64,000 nt of DNA, taken from contig CAZWDT010000002.1 in the NCBI GenBank assembly GCA_964632755.1, positions 2,279 through 66,278 of the forward strand, in the 5' to 3' direction. The DNA comes from an uncultured Methanotrichaceae archaeon (GTDB taxonomy: Archaea; Halobacteriota; Methanosarcinia; Methanotrichales; Methanotrichaceae). Position numbers and translations under genes: made by a program. Of the stretch, positions 18,875 through 27,905 are shown piece after piece. The notes beneath the pieces are model-generated. The model did not search any database. It was not told the origin of the DNA and was given only the letters and a program-made list of their open reading frames with translations. How positions within the stretch are numbered: position 1 is the first letter of the stretch; each line of letters opens with the position of its first letter.

Positions 18875-19870
18875 ATGAAGAAGCACGCCGTCCTGTTCGC
18901 TATGCTCGCCTTGCTCCTCTCCTCTGAGGCTTGTGCACTGCAGTTCTTCTCGGGAAATACGGTCTCAATCGACGATCCCATTGACGACGACGTCTTCGTC
19001 GTCGGAGGTTCGGTGAACATCAACGCTCCTGTGGAGAGCGCAGTCGTTGCCGGAGGAAACGTAAACGTCAACGCTCCGGTAAGAGGAGATCTGATCGTGA
19101 CCGGCGGTCAGGTCCTTCTCTCATCGAACGTTGGGGGAAAGGTCATTGCGCTTGGTGGCAACCTCAACATGATGGGCAACGTGACGAGGAACATCGTTGC
19201 CGCCGGAGGGCAGGTCGACTTCCATCGAAACATGACCGTTGGAAAGGATGCCTTCATCGGGGGAGGCGACGTCTACAACTCGGCGACGATAAACGGGACG
19301 CTTACCGTCAACGCCGAGAACTTCGAGGACAAGGGTCATGCAGGTTTGGTTCGCTTCTATCAGACAGAGTGTAGGGATGAGAAGCCTACAGAGCCTGGAA
19401 TCAGCATCATTGGCCTGATCATGAGCCTTGGGTTTCTCATAGCTGGCCTGATATTGCTGCGGCTCTTCCCTCAGGTCTTCGTCACAATGGACGAGGAGAT
19501 CAGGTCGTCTCCTGCCATGAGGACGATGGTGGGCTTCCTTGGCTTGGTCGTCTCTTTTGTCCTCGCCATCATCTTCGCAATGACGGTTGTAGGAGTTCCC
19601 CTCTCCTTATTGACGCTGCTATTCCTGATGGCCGGCGTCATGCTCTCGGGGCTCTTCGTCTCCTTCAGCCTCGGTCATGCGATCACCCTACGCCTGAAGA
19701 AGGATGGGCCCATATTGGCATTCCTGGTGGGATTCATCATACTGAACATCCTCTACCAGGTTCCCTACGTGGGCTGGGTTGTATCACTAGTCGCCACAAG
19801 CCTGGGATTTGGGGCCCTGATATACGGCCTGCTTCGTTGGCATAGGGATCAGGGCGCCCCAGTTGCATGA
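18875..19870 (+). CDS. membrane protein with an extracellular bactofilin-like beta-helical repeat domain and a C-terminal polytopic anchor
   Basis: 331 aa. A signal peptide (MKKHAVLFAMLALLLSSEA) is followed by repeated GG.VN(I/V)NAPV / GG.V..... turns and then 4-5 hydrophobic helices. Confidence 0.6.
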   Translation: MKKHAVLFAMLALLLSSEACALQFFSGNTVSIDDPIDDDVFVVGGSVNINAPVESAVVAGGNVNVNAPVRGDLIVTGGQVLLSSNVGGKVIALGGNLNMMGNVTRNIVAAGGQVDFHRNMTVGKDAFIGGGDVYNSATINGTLTVNAENFEDKGHAGLVRFYQTECRDEKPTEPGISIIGLIMSLGFLIAGLILLRLFPQVFVTMDEEIRSSPAMRTMVGFLGLVVSFVLAIIFAMTVVGVPLSLLTLLFLMAGVMLSGLFVSFSLGHAITLRLKKDGPILAFLVGFIILNILYQVPYVGWVVSLVATSLGFGALIYGLLRWHRDQGAPVA

Positions 19871-20149
19871 TGTCGGGAGGTGGGGTTCCCTCTCTCAACC
19901 CCCTTCATGCGGAAGAGATCGGCGTCGGTCATCGGCACAAAGGATCCATGCACATCCTGCCTCAACCCCCCTCCGTGCGGATAGGAAGGGCAGCCGCCGT
20001 CCAGAAGGTTGAAACATGTCGAGCCTCCCGGTCTCTTTTATCTCCTGCGGCGGCCACGACCGCTCTGGCGTGAAGGGTTGACCAGCCCTTTGAAGTGGCT
20101 TGATTCGCATATTCATCGATATATCAACAAGATGCAGTTCGCCCGGACT

Positions 20150-20340
20150 CCCCCCTCGCTCTTCTCGCAACTGCTCAATTGCTTGAGGGTATCAATCTTC
20201 TATTTGTACTTATTGTCAACTTTTACACATATAAAATCCCACAAAACGCCATATTTAAGCTCAAATTGGCCCTGAATGAACGCGCATTAATGGAAAATAT
20301 TAACGTTCATTCGCATATCATTCGCGGTTGAGATAAGGGG
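20150..20340 (-). repeat. dispersed AT-rich intergenic element, copy B (reverse orientation)
   Basis: The reverse complement reads ...ccccttatctcaaccgcgaatgatatgcgaatgaacgttaatatt...gttgacaataagtacaaatagaagattgataccctcaagcaattgagcag... and is colinear with copies A and C. Confidence 0.75.
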
Positions 20341-20488
20341 AGATCTCTTTTCCACTCATCATCGCCAAAGGGCGAAAGGATTTTAAACATCTATGCTCTC
20401 CTCCGCACGTATTTGTACAATTGAATACATCATTGGAGGATCTGCCTTGGAAAATATGGAGATGAACTATAGATCGGGGGAGTCCTGA

Positions 20489-20581
20489 ATGGTCCCCACA
20501 CCTTACCTTGCCCTCATAGTCTCGGTGATAGCGATGCTTGCCATAACCTTTCTCATCACGCTGAGGCGATTCGATGATTAA
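20489..20581 (+). CDS. 30-aa single-TM micro-protein overlapping the symporter start (candidate small accessory subunit)
   Basis: My own translation reads MVPTPYLALIVSVIAMLAITFLITLRRFDD*. Its last codons overlap the ATG at 20574 of the downstream transporter (cgATGATTAA). Confidence 0.4.
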   Translation: MVPTPYLALIVSVIAMLAITFLITLRRFDD

Positions 20582-21995
20582 TCAGGTCCTCCTTGTGGCC
20601 TACGTTCTCGCAATAATCGTCCTATCGCTTCGACTTCGCCAGGGCACCCTCTCCGGCTTCGTGATCTCTGATCGCAACATCATGTATCCGGCAGTGATCG
20701 GGATCGCCTTCACAGCGGCCTACTTCAGCGCGGCATCCTTCCTGGGGGGCGGAGGCTATGGCCTCGTCTGCGGCTTTCCCTGGACCATCTGGGCGGTCTT
20801 TCTGCACGTCTTCTTCGCCTGCATGGCCTGGCTCATAGCTCCCCGGATCTGGTCGATGGCAAAGGAGTACGATGCAAGGACCGTCCCACAGCTTCTGGAG
20901 CGACGTTATAAATCCCCCGGTGGCAAGGTTGTTCTCGCCGTCATAATGCTGATCATGTACGCGATCTACCTTGTCGCGATCTACAAGGGCTGTGCCGAGC
21001 TATTCCAGGGGCTCTTAGGGGTCACCTACGTTCAGGGCCTGATCATCGCAGTCTCAATAGTCGCCGTCTATTACGTCATCGGGGGGCTTCCAGCAATACT
21101 CTGGATAAGCTTCATCCAGGGGATCTTGATGCTTGTAGGGGCCGTTCTGCTCTACGGAAGCCTTTTGCAGAGGGGCGGCGGAATGCAGATCTGGGAGCAT
21201 ATCCCTGCTGCAGTCACCTCCATGAGCGGCTATATGATGCCCTGGGAGAAAAGCTTAGGGATGGCGTTCTCTATCAGCCTGGGCCTCGTTGCCCTGCCCG
21301 ACCTATTGATCATGATCTTCTCTGCACGGGATAGGCGGGTGGTACGCTTTGCAGGAATATACGGCCCGATCTCCATTGCGGTATACGCCTTCTGCATCTT
21401 CTCAATAGGCGTCCTCGCTTACGGCGCCTTCACAGCGGAGGAGCTTGCACCCTTCGAGAAGAGCCCAGACAGCTTTATTCCTTTCGTTGCAACAACCCTA
21501 CTTCCACCGGGATTCGATGCCTTGATACTCCTTGCAGCAATCTCCGCGGCCATGTCCACGATAAGCGCGATAGTCCTCGTCACAACCACATCGTTGACTT
21601 CGGACATACTGCGCTTCTTCCGGCCGGCGATCTCCGACGACCGTGTCCTTTTGCTCACGCGAGGCCTTGGAGTCGTCCTAATCGGGGTCTCCGCCCTCCT
21701 TGCAAACGACATGCCACAGGGGATAGTGCCCCTCGTCTCCGTCAGCATGGGAGTGATTGCTTGTTGCGTCTTCGTGCCGCTGATCTTCGGGCTCTACTGG
21801 AATGGCGGCACAGGCCAGGGCTTCGTTGCAAGCCTTCTCGCATCCTTCATATCGGTCGTGCTCTGGCACTTCTATAGCGGATCGGTCATACATCCCGTAT
21901 TCATTGGCCTGATATGCGGAACGGTGGCCTACGTAGGAGTAAGCCTGTTTACTGCGGCACCCGGGAAGGAGGCCAAGGGCACGGGACATAAGTAG
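20574..21995 (+). CDS. sodium:solute symporter (SSS) family transporter
   Basis: 473 aa with about 13 TM segments. The N-terminal ...GFVISDRN....VIGIAFTAAYFSAASFLGGGG... is typical of PutP/PanF-type SSS proteins. Confidence 0.8.
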   Translation: MINQVLLVAYVLAIIVLSLRLRQGTLSGFVISDRNIMYPAVIGIAFTAAYFSAASFLGGGGYGLVCGFPWTIWAVFLHVFFACMAWLIAPRIWSMAKEYDARTVPQLLERRYKSPGGKVVLAVIMLIMYAIYLVAIYKGCAELFQGLLGVTYVQGLIIAVSIVAVYYVIGGLPAILWISFIQGILMLVGAVLLYGSLLQRGGGMQIWEHIPAAVTSMSGYMMPWEKSLGMAFSISLGLVALPDLLIMIFSARDRRVVRFAGIYGPISIAVYAFCIFSIGVLAYGAFTAEELAPFEKSPDSFIPFVATTLLPPGFDALILLAAISAAMSTISAIVLVTTTSLTSDILRFFRPAISDDRVLLLTRGLGVVLIGVSALLANDMPQGIVPLVSVSMGVIACCVFVPLIFGLYWNGGTGQGFVASLLASFISVVLWHFYSGSVIHPVFIGLICGTVAYVGVSLFTAAPGKEAKGTGHK

Positions 21996-22083
21996 CTGTA
22001 TAGTAGCTGTGTATGCAGAATAAGGACCTTAAGGGGCTGCCCTCTTTATGGGGCGCCCCTTTCTTCATGATTTCTAGGTCTCG

Positions 22084-22386
22084 TCAGACCGTATAGTCGG
22101 CAACAAGCCGGTCCCTGCAGACCTTGCCCACAAAATCGGCCACCTTGATGTGATCTGGGTGGGCTTGGTAGCGATGCAGGCCATCGAGCCCATCGAACTC
22201 CGAATATAGGACCAGGTCGCAGCCCACATTCCCATCCGATATATTGATGCCCACCTCGAATAACTTGATCTCCTCGATGATATCCTTCAGCCCTTCCAGC
22301 TGGGCCTTCAACCTCTGCATGTTCTGCCGCCCATCTGCGTCCTCCGCGAACTCCTTCATCCTGAACATGACGATATGTCTGAGCAT
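22084..22386 (-). CDS. Dabb (stress-responsive alpha/beta-barrel) domain protein
   Basis: MLRHIVMFRMKEF...HRYQAHPDHIKVADFV matches the Dabb domain. The track ORF extends to a GTG at 22446; I prefer the ATG at 22386. Confidence 0.75.
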   Translation of the reverse strand: MLRHIVMFRMKEFAEDADGRQNMQRLKAQLEGLKDIIEEIKLFEVGINISDGNVGCDLVLYSEFDGLDGLHRYQAHPDHIKVADFVGKVCRDRLVADYTV

Positions 22387-22442
22387 CCCTCCAGCCTCCG
22401 CCATGTCGGAGGTTGTCAGGATTAATAACGCTTTCCGGCCTC

Positions 22443-23039
22443 TCACCTCCAGCCGGCCTCTGGCCTCCTAGGCTCCTCCTGCCATGGGAGGTATCCCTGC
22501 CTCGCAAGCTCATCCACCTCGAAGCTCAGGTACTCCTCCTCCCTCATGCCGGCCCTCGATGCTGCGATGTTCGACGGAAACGTATCGAGCATCGTGTTGT
22601 ACTCCTGGACTATGTTGTTGTAGGTGTAGCGGTATCTGGCGATCTCGTCCTCCACTTCCCTTATGGCACTCATGGTCACTGCCACGGCCTCCGAGGTCTT
22701 GAGGTCTGGATAGCTCTCGGCAACGGCGCTGATCTTTCCTATCAGGCCCTGGCTCTCGCCTTGGATGCGGTCCAGGTCCTTAGGCCGGGCCTCCCCAAGG
22801 CCGGCTCGAAGGTCGGTTATGCGCTCGAGCACCTTCCTCTCGAAGTGAGCATAAGCCTCGGTCGAGGCCACAAGCCCCTCGACCATATCGAGCCTCTTCT
22901 TCATCGCCACCCTGATCTGGGATAATGTGGCCTCTGCTCCGTTTCTAAGGCTTTGAAGGCGGTTGTATAGGCCTACCATGTAGGCTGCAATCGAGATCGC
23001 GGCAATCCCTGCCAGGATGAGGTAGATGAGGAGTGACAT
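22443..23039 (-). CDS. LemA-family membrane protein
   Basis: 198 aa. An N-terminal TM segment is followed by YNRLQSLRNGAEATLSQIRVAMKKRLDMV....T..YA.FE..VL..IT..R, the LemA signature. Confidence 0.85.
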   Translation of the reverse strand: MSLLIYLILAGIAAISIAAYMVGLYNRLQSLRNGAEATLSQIRVAMKKRLDMVEGLVASTEAYAHFERKVLERITDLRAGLGEARPKDLDRIQGESQGLIGKISAVAESYPDLKTSEAVAVTMSAIREVEDEIARYRYTYNNIVQEYNTMLDTFPSNIAASRAGMREEEYLSFEVDELARQGYLPWQEEPRRPEAGWR

Positions 23040-23051
23040 GTGTATGCTAGT

Positions 23052-23876
23052 TCATCCCATTCGATATCTATCTGATCCCGATCGACCGAAGACCGCTTCT
23101 AGCCGCACCATCCTCACATGGACCTTCCCCTCATCGTCCGGGGTGTGTGTCTGCAGATATCGGCCGGCTACCTCGGCTACGAACTCCTCCGCCCGGTCCG
23201 CCGTGAGCCGCTCCAGGTAGGGGTGCCACGTCGTCTTGATCCAGGCCTCGAGCCCTCGCCTGCCTGGCTGGACCATATCCTTCTCGATCAGCTCGACGCG
23301 GATCGGGACCAGGCCCGCCTCCTCGATCCAGCCGCGGTACTCCTCCGAATCGAAGAAGCTGTACGGCTCTTCGAACTCGATGAAGCCCTCCTTCCAGCGA
23401 TCCTCTGCGATCATCGATTCTGCGATCATAAGGATCCCGCTTGCGTTTCCCCTGCCCCCGAACTGCAGATACGCCCATCCATTTGGGCCGAGGGCTCGTC
23501 CTATGCCTTCGAGGACGGGGGGGTGATCCCTCACCCAGTGAAGGCAGGCGAAGGATACAACGAGATCGAACTCCTCCTCGAACTCCAGGCAGCTTGCGTC
23601 GCCGCGACAAAAGCTGAGGTTGGGGTTCGTCGTTGGGGAAAAGCTCTCATTCGCAAAGGAGACCATCTGGGGGGAGATGTCGATCCCGACGGCCGATCCA
23701 CCGGGAAGCATCTTTGCAATCTCGGCAGTGATCGATCCATCGCCGCAGCCTATGTCAAGCACTCGCTCATCTCCCCTCAGCTCAAGCTTTGCGATCACCT
23801 CCCTCGCCCATCTCCTCTGCTCCGAGGCGCTCTCGCGATATCCCCTTGGGTCCCACCTCTCGCCATATTCGCGCAT
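23052..23876 (-). CDS. class I SAM-dependent methyltransferase
   Basis: 274 aa. It has motif I VLDIGCGDGSIT and post-I GIDISPQMV, giving a trans-aconitate-methyltransferase-like layout. Confidence 0.85.
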   Translation of the reverse strand: MREYGERWDPRGYRESASEQRRWAREVIAKLELRGDERVLDIGCGDGSITAEIAKMLPGGSAVGIDISPQMVSFANESFSPTTNPNLSFCRGDASCLEFEEEFDLVVSFACLHWVRDHPPVLEGIGRALGPNGWAYLQFGGRGNASGILMIAESMIAEDRWKEGFIEFEEPYSFFDSEEYRGWIEEAGLVPIRVELIEKDMVQPGRRGLEAWIKTTWHPYLERLTADRAEEFVAEVAGRYLQTHTPDDEGKVHVRMVRLEAVFGRSGSDRYRMG

Positions 23877-23891
23877 GAATGCTCGCCGGCT

Positions 23892-24170
23892 CTATCGTTC
23901 CATTTGAGGTTCCAGGCCTCGCAAAATCTCCTCGACCAATGGCAGATCCTTGAGGATTTGGTCGAGGGGGATCTCCTCCCCATCCATGCCAAGGGCTGTT
24001 GCGCCAGAAGGCGCAACGATCACGATGGCCTCCGGGGACTTGGTGACGCTGATGACGCCTCCCCTCGCCCCTGGATGGAATCCATATCTGATTCGGGCGA
24101 TCGGTATAAGGATTGCTGAGGGTAGCTCGATGGGTGGATCGGCGGCCATCTCCTCCCAGCATCCCTTCAT
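23892..24170 (-). CDS. small hypothetical protein with a degenerate GerW/YtfJ-like core
   Basis: 92 aa. ILIPIARIRYGFHPGARGGVISVTKSPEAIVIVAPSG resembles the IIP...GFG.G.G...V.P.A.I.. core of the GerW protein encoded two genes upstream. It overlaps the preceding gene by 4 nt. Confidence 0.45.
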   Translation of the reverse strand: MKGCWEEMAADPPIELPSAILIPIARIRYGFHPGARGGVISVTKSPEAIVIVAPSGATALGMDGEEIPLDQILKDLPLVEEILRGLEPQMER

Positions 24171-24724
24171 ATGGTCCTCCGGGCGATCTTAATTGCCATC
24201 CTGAGCACCTTTGCCGAGGCGAGGAAGGAGAGAATGGGCGCAATCAGGCGATAGGGCCAGAGCCTGAGAGAGCCCTCGGCCGCCCCTTCCAGGCATTCTC
24301 GATCGAAGGATGGCTCGATGCATAGGTCGATGAAGAGTACTCCTGCAATGGCGTAGAGGTATCCAAGCAGCATCCCCGTCTCCGCTGGATCGGCAAGGCC
24401 GATCGTGATCGTGCCCTTCATGTCGCGGATCTGGACTGCTCCAAGACATCCGCGGACCAATCGCCAAATGCGCGCCGCAATCTCGCGATCGCCGAGGATC
24501 TCCAGCATCTCCCTCCACTGGAAGGGCTCCTCGCTGCCCTGCTCGTCCTCATCAGCCGAGCCCAGGGCCTTATCCCTTTCCGTGGCCATATCCGTTCCAA
24601 CGAGGCCGAAGAGCCAGCCGAGGCGCACCATTGCCCTTCCCTGGGCGAGCCTAAGCCTGAGGTCGATGGGGATAAAGGGGAGGGCTAGGGCGATTAGGAA
24701 CAACGCTAGGAGGATCGCCATCAT
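24167..24724 (-). CDS. DUF2953 (YtfI-like) membrane-anchored protein
   Basis: 185 aa. It has an N-terminal TM segment (MMAILLALFLIALALPFIPI) and is placed immediately after a GerW/YtfJ homologue, as with ytfI-ytfJ in Bacillus. Confidence 0.5.
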   Translation of the reverse strand: MMAILLALFLIALALPFIPIDLRLRLAQGRAMVRLGWLFGLVGTDMATERDKALGSADEDEQGSEEPFQWREMLEILGDREIAARIWRLVRGCLGAVQIRDMKGTITIGLADPAETGMLLGYLYAIAGVLFIDLCIEPSFDRECLEGAAEGSLRLWPYRLIAPILSFLASAKVLRMAIKIARRTI

Positions 24725-24734
24725 CCATTCGCCC

Positions 24735-25154
24735 TCACTCGGTTACGGGAACGCTTACAGCCTCCTTGGAGGGCTTCTCTTCCTCCTCGCCGTGCTTCTT
24801 CATCATCTTTGGGACCCCCTCTGCGAGCTTTGGGATGAACTCGGCTGCCTTCTCGAGGAGCATCTGCTGCGTCGACGCCCTTCCTGGATGAAGCTGCTCT
24901 ATCCTCACGCCCTCCTTCTCCAGTATGATCACAGCGACTGGCTTGATCGATACGCCGCCGCCGGCGCCTCCGCCCTCGCTTGCTTCCTTCCCCTCCTCGC
25001 CTCCCGCGCCAGCGCCAAATCCCATCTTGATGCTCACGAGGGGGATGATCGTCTTGTCATCGAATGTGGCAGCGTCGCCGACGACCGTCCTTGCAGTCAT
25101 CACCTTCTCCATCTCTCCGAACGCTGTCCTCAATAGGTTCTCGATGTTGTTCAT
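24735..25154 (-). CDS. GerW/YtfJ-family protein (the so-called sporulation protein family) in an archaeal context
   Basis: 139 aa. VVGDAATFDDKTIIPLVSIKMGFGAGAGG...GGGAGGGVSIKPVAVIILEKEGVRIEQL matches the GerW/YtfJ pattern. Confidence 0.7.
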   Translation of the reverse strand: MNNIENLLRTAFGEMEKVMTARTVVGDAATFDDKTIIPLVSIKMGFGAGAGGEEGKEASEGGGAGGGVSIKPVAVIILEKEGVRIEQLHPGRASTQQMLLEKAAEFIPKLAEGVPKMMKKHGEEEEKPSKEAVSVPVTE

Positions 25155-25577
25155 ATTCCCACTCCTAATGTGATAATATATCTCAACCTAGAAAAAGCAT
25201 TTCTTTCGATGGTCTCGTATAGTCCCAAAAGCTTCGGCTGAATCTCCGGAGGGCGGAGGTGGCGAAGAATGAAGGCCATATATGCCGCCTTCGCCCACCT
25301 ATTAACCAAGCCATGCTTTGTGGGCATATCCTGGCATTGGTCATCGGTTAAGGGAATTATGTAAATATATGACACTATGAATTTTATAATTTGAGATTCG
25401 TAGTAGTAGGGTCGTTTTGAGGAAAACGACTTCACTTGACTCAGTTCCCACGTCGAGAACCAATGTTGCGATTAGGTCTGTAAACCCAATTCAACCAGAG
25501 GCGGACTTAACCGATGACACATGCATATCCTGGATGGAAATGCGTCTTATGGCAGGGGGACGAGCTAGGTCGAATTG

Positions 25578-26654
25578 TCATGGCATAATATTAAAAAACG
25601 ACTGTATTGACTCGGAGTCCATCCCATAAGACCTCAGAATCTGCCTAATCTGTGGGGTAGAATTCTCCAGATTGTGATTGATATGCCGGAGCCTTTCCTC
25701 CGCAGTGGGACGATCTATCGCTTTATCTCTAATCATATTGCTCAAGAATAGATCGTAGTCGGAGAACCCTAGCATTTTATATGATATAAAATTTTTTATT
25801 AGTGCCAAATTGCAATCGGATCGCCAAGAATCTGGAAAATAATCGGGTTTTTGCCAATCCAGCTCGCTTGTAATGGCATCCATGATCCTAGAATCATTAT
25901 ACTTCTCATAAAAGAAAGGGTGTATCCTCTCAGTATTTGCGCCAAATCCCTTGATGAAATCGCTAGCGCCATATATTAGAATATATGGATTAATATAATA
26001 CGGATTCTTAAACATCTCTTTTAGTATTGCCCATGCCAATTTTAAATGCAGGAGATCATATCTTCCCTTTAAAGCATTAAACGTATACTCTTTGATTCCA
26101 AAGAGGCCTAATTTATATGATGTGTTTTCATAGTTATTTGTACCATCTAAAATATAGTTTATATCGTATTTATGGAGTAGTTTAGGGATCCATTTGCTTA
26201 CTCCACCTCGACAACCAATACAAAATGTTTGAATCATTCCCGGATTTGGCTCTTTTATCCAAGCTAATAATATCTTTTTAAACAGGTGTCTATTTCTTTT
26301 AACATCATTATCTATTACAATAATTTTGATGCCTAATTCTTCGGATATTTTCTTTACGTTCTCCTTAGTCCTTTCTGGCATATGCCCGTTATCGTAACAG
26401 TAGGCGAGGGGCTGCAGTCCCCAATCTCTAATCGCTCTTAGCGCTAAATAGCTGCTATCTCTGCCTCCACTTAATCCAATTAGGCAATTAAACTCTTTTG
26501 TTTCTGATTTTATTTTAGTTAGGATCTTATCTAATCCCCCCTCTTCTTTATAAATATATGCGGGTGGTGATCTGCAATAGTTGCATACATTCTCAGAGTC
26601 AAATGTTATGAAGGGATGTGCATTTGAGAGCAAGCATGTGCTGCAATAATTCAT
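25578..26654 (-). CDS. N-acetyl sugar amidotransferase (WbpG/LfnA-like PP-loop enzyme)
   Basis: 358 aa. It has an N-terminal Cys cluster (CSTCLLSN...CNYC) and the PP-loop IGLSGGRDSSY. The gene is markedly AT-rich relative to its neighbours. Confidence 0.75.
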   Translation of the reverse strand: MNYCSTCLLSNAHPFITFDSENVCNYCRSPPAYIYKEEGGLDKILTKIKSETKEFNCLIGLSGGRDSSYLALRAIRDWGLQPLAYCYDNGHMPERTKENVKKISEELGIKIIVIDNDVKRNRHLFKKILLAWIKEPNPGMIQTFCIGCRGGVSKWIPKLLHKYDINYILDGTNNYENTSYKLGLFGIKEYTFNALKGRYDLLHLKLAWAILKEMFKNPYYINPYILIYGASDFIKGFGANTERIHPFFYEKYNDSRIMDAITSELDWQKPDYFPDSWRSDCNLALIKNFISYKMLGFSDYDLFLSNMIRDKAIDRPTAEERLRHINHNLENSTPQIRQILRSYGMDSESIQSFFNIMP

Positions 26655-26957
26655 ATTATGTGTCTGGTCTATATCCTTAAAACGTTTTGGTTATTCGATC
26701 AGCATCTCTAGCATGCGCACGATATCGAGCAAGTACAGGCAAGATTTTATATATCGAACCGGACCATTTTATTTGGAAAGACAGCTCCATTGGCGGTGGC
26801 CTGGTCCACGATGGCGGATCAGATGAAATATCTTTGGAAGCTCCAACGGACGATCCCGACGGATGGAGACAAAGGGTGTGTCGCCAGAAAAGAATATAAA
26901 ACGTCGATCCTAAAGCATGATGCTGATAATCTGGGGGGGGGTCTCGGGTGATATCGG

Positions 26958-27905
26958 ATGTATAAGGGGAGGAGGATCTGTGCTGTCGTTCCAGCCTTCA
27001 ACGAGGAGCGGCTCATAGAGAGGACGCTTTGCTCGATGCCGGATCTGGTCGACAGGACATACGTCGTCGACGACGGATCCTCGGATGGGACGGCTGGACT
27101 CGCGCTCTCAATGGCCGAGGTGGACGAGCGGATCCAATTGATCGCCCATGATCGCAATATGGGCGTAGGTGCCGCTATTGCGAGCGGATATAAGGCGGCT
27201 CTTGCCGGTGGCATGGATATCGCCGTCGTGATGGCTGGCGACGACCAGATGGATCCCGCGGCGATGACATCCCTCCTCGATCCCATTGTGGGGGGAAGGG
27301 TCGACTACTCCAAGGGAAACCGCCTGTTCAGCCGGGAGTACTGGCAGGGCATGAGCAGATGGCGCTTCGTCGGAAATGCCATGCTCACCTTTCTGACCAA
27401 GATCTCCTCGGGATACTGGGATCTGATGGACCCTCAAAACGGCTACACAGCGATCAGCCGCCGCGCGTTAGAGAGCATCGACGTGGACTCATTATACCCA
27501 GGATACGGCTACTGCAACGACCTCCTCGTCAAGCTGAACGTCTATGGCTTTCGGGCTGTCGACGTGGTCATTCCTGCAAGGTATGGGGATGAGAAGTCAA
27601 AGATCAAATACCGAATGTACATACCCAAGGTATCGCTCCTCCTTTTATGCGACTTCTTCTGGAGGCTGAAGGTCAAGTACATATGCATGGACTTTCATCC
27701 CCTCGTCCTCTTCTACATCCTGGGCGTGGTGCTCGTTCCTCTAGGAATGCTGGTTGCCATATACTCCATCTACTACAAGTTCGTGCTCGGAGGCTCTCTC
27801 TTCATAAGGGGCGTCCTCTCGTTTCTCATACTGATACTCGGGATGCAGTTCCTCTTCTTTGCCATGCTCTTCGATATGCAGGACAACAATCGCGAGGAGC
27901 GATGA
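26958..27905 (+). CDS. family 2 glycosyltransferase (dolichyl-phosphate hexose synthase-like) with a C-terminal membrane anchor
   Basis: 315 aa. VVPAFNEE, VVDDGSSDGT and the AGDDQMDP (DxD-like) motif are followed by two C-terminal TM helices. Confidence 0.85.
   Translation: MYKGRRICAVVPAFNEERLIERTLCSMPDLVDRTYVVDDGSSDGTAGLALSMAEVDERIQLIAHDRNMGVGAAIASGYKAALAGGMDIAVVMAGDDQMDPAAMTSLLDPIVGGRVDYSKGNRLFSREYWQGMSRWRFVGNAMLTFLTKISSGYWDLMDPQNGYTAISRRALESIDVDSLYPGYGYCNDLLVKLNVYGFRAVDVVIPARYGDEKSKIKYRMYIPKVSLLLLCDFFWRLKVKYICMDFHPLVLFYILGVVLVPLGMLVAIYSIYYKFVLGGSLFIRGVLSFLILILGMQFLFFAMLFDMQDNNREER

Noticed and set aside
19870-20100. A minus-strand frame encodes ...CFNLLDGGCPSYPHGG..., reminiscent of a Cys-cluster (YkgJ-like) protein fragment.
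   Set aside because: No start codon follows the upstream in-frame TAA, only weak GTG/TTG options. The fragment is short. At best it is a gene remnant, and the evidence is insufficient to call a pseudogene.
25151-25435. 94-aa minus-strand ORF upstream of gerW.
   Set aside because: It lies in AT-rich intergenic DNA, shows no motif and overlaps the gerW start. It is likely spurious.
27647-27901. N-terminal 85-aa extension of track ORF 27647..28954.
   Set aside because: It runs entirely through the C-terminal TM region of the GT2 gene in another frame. The family-typical N-terminus MRILIDTGHPAH starts at 27902 with an ATGA overlap.
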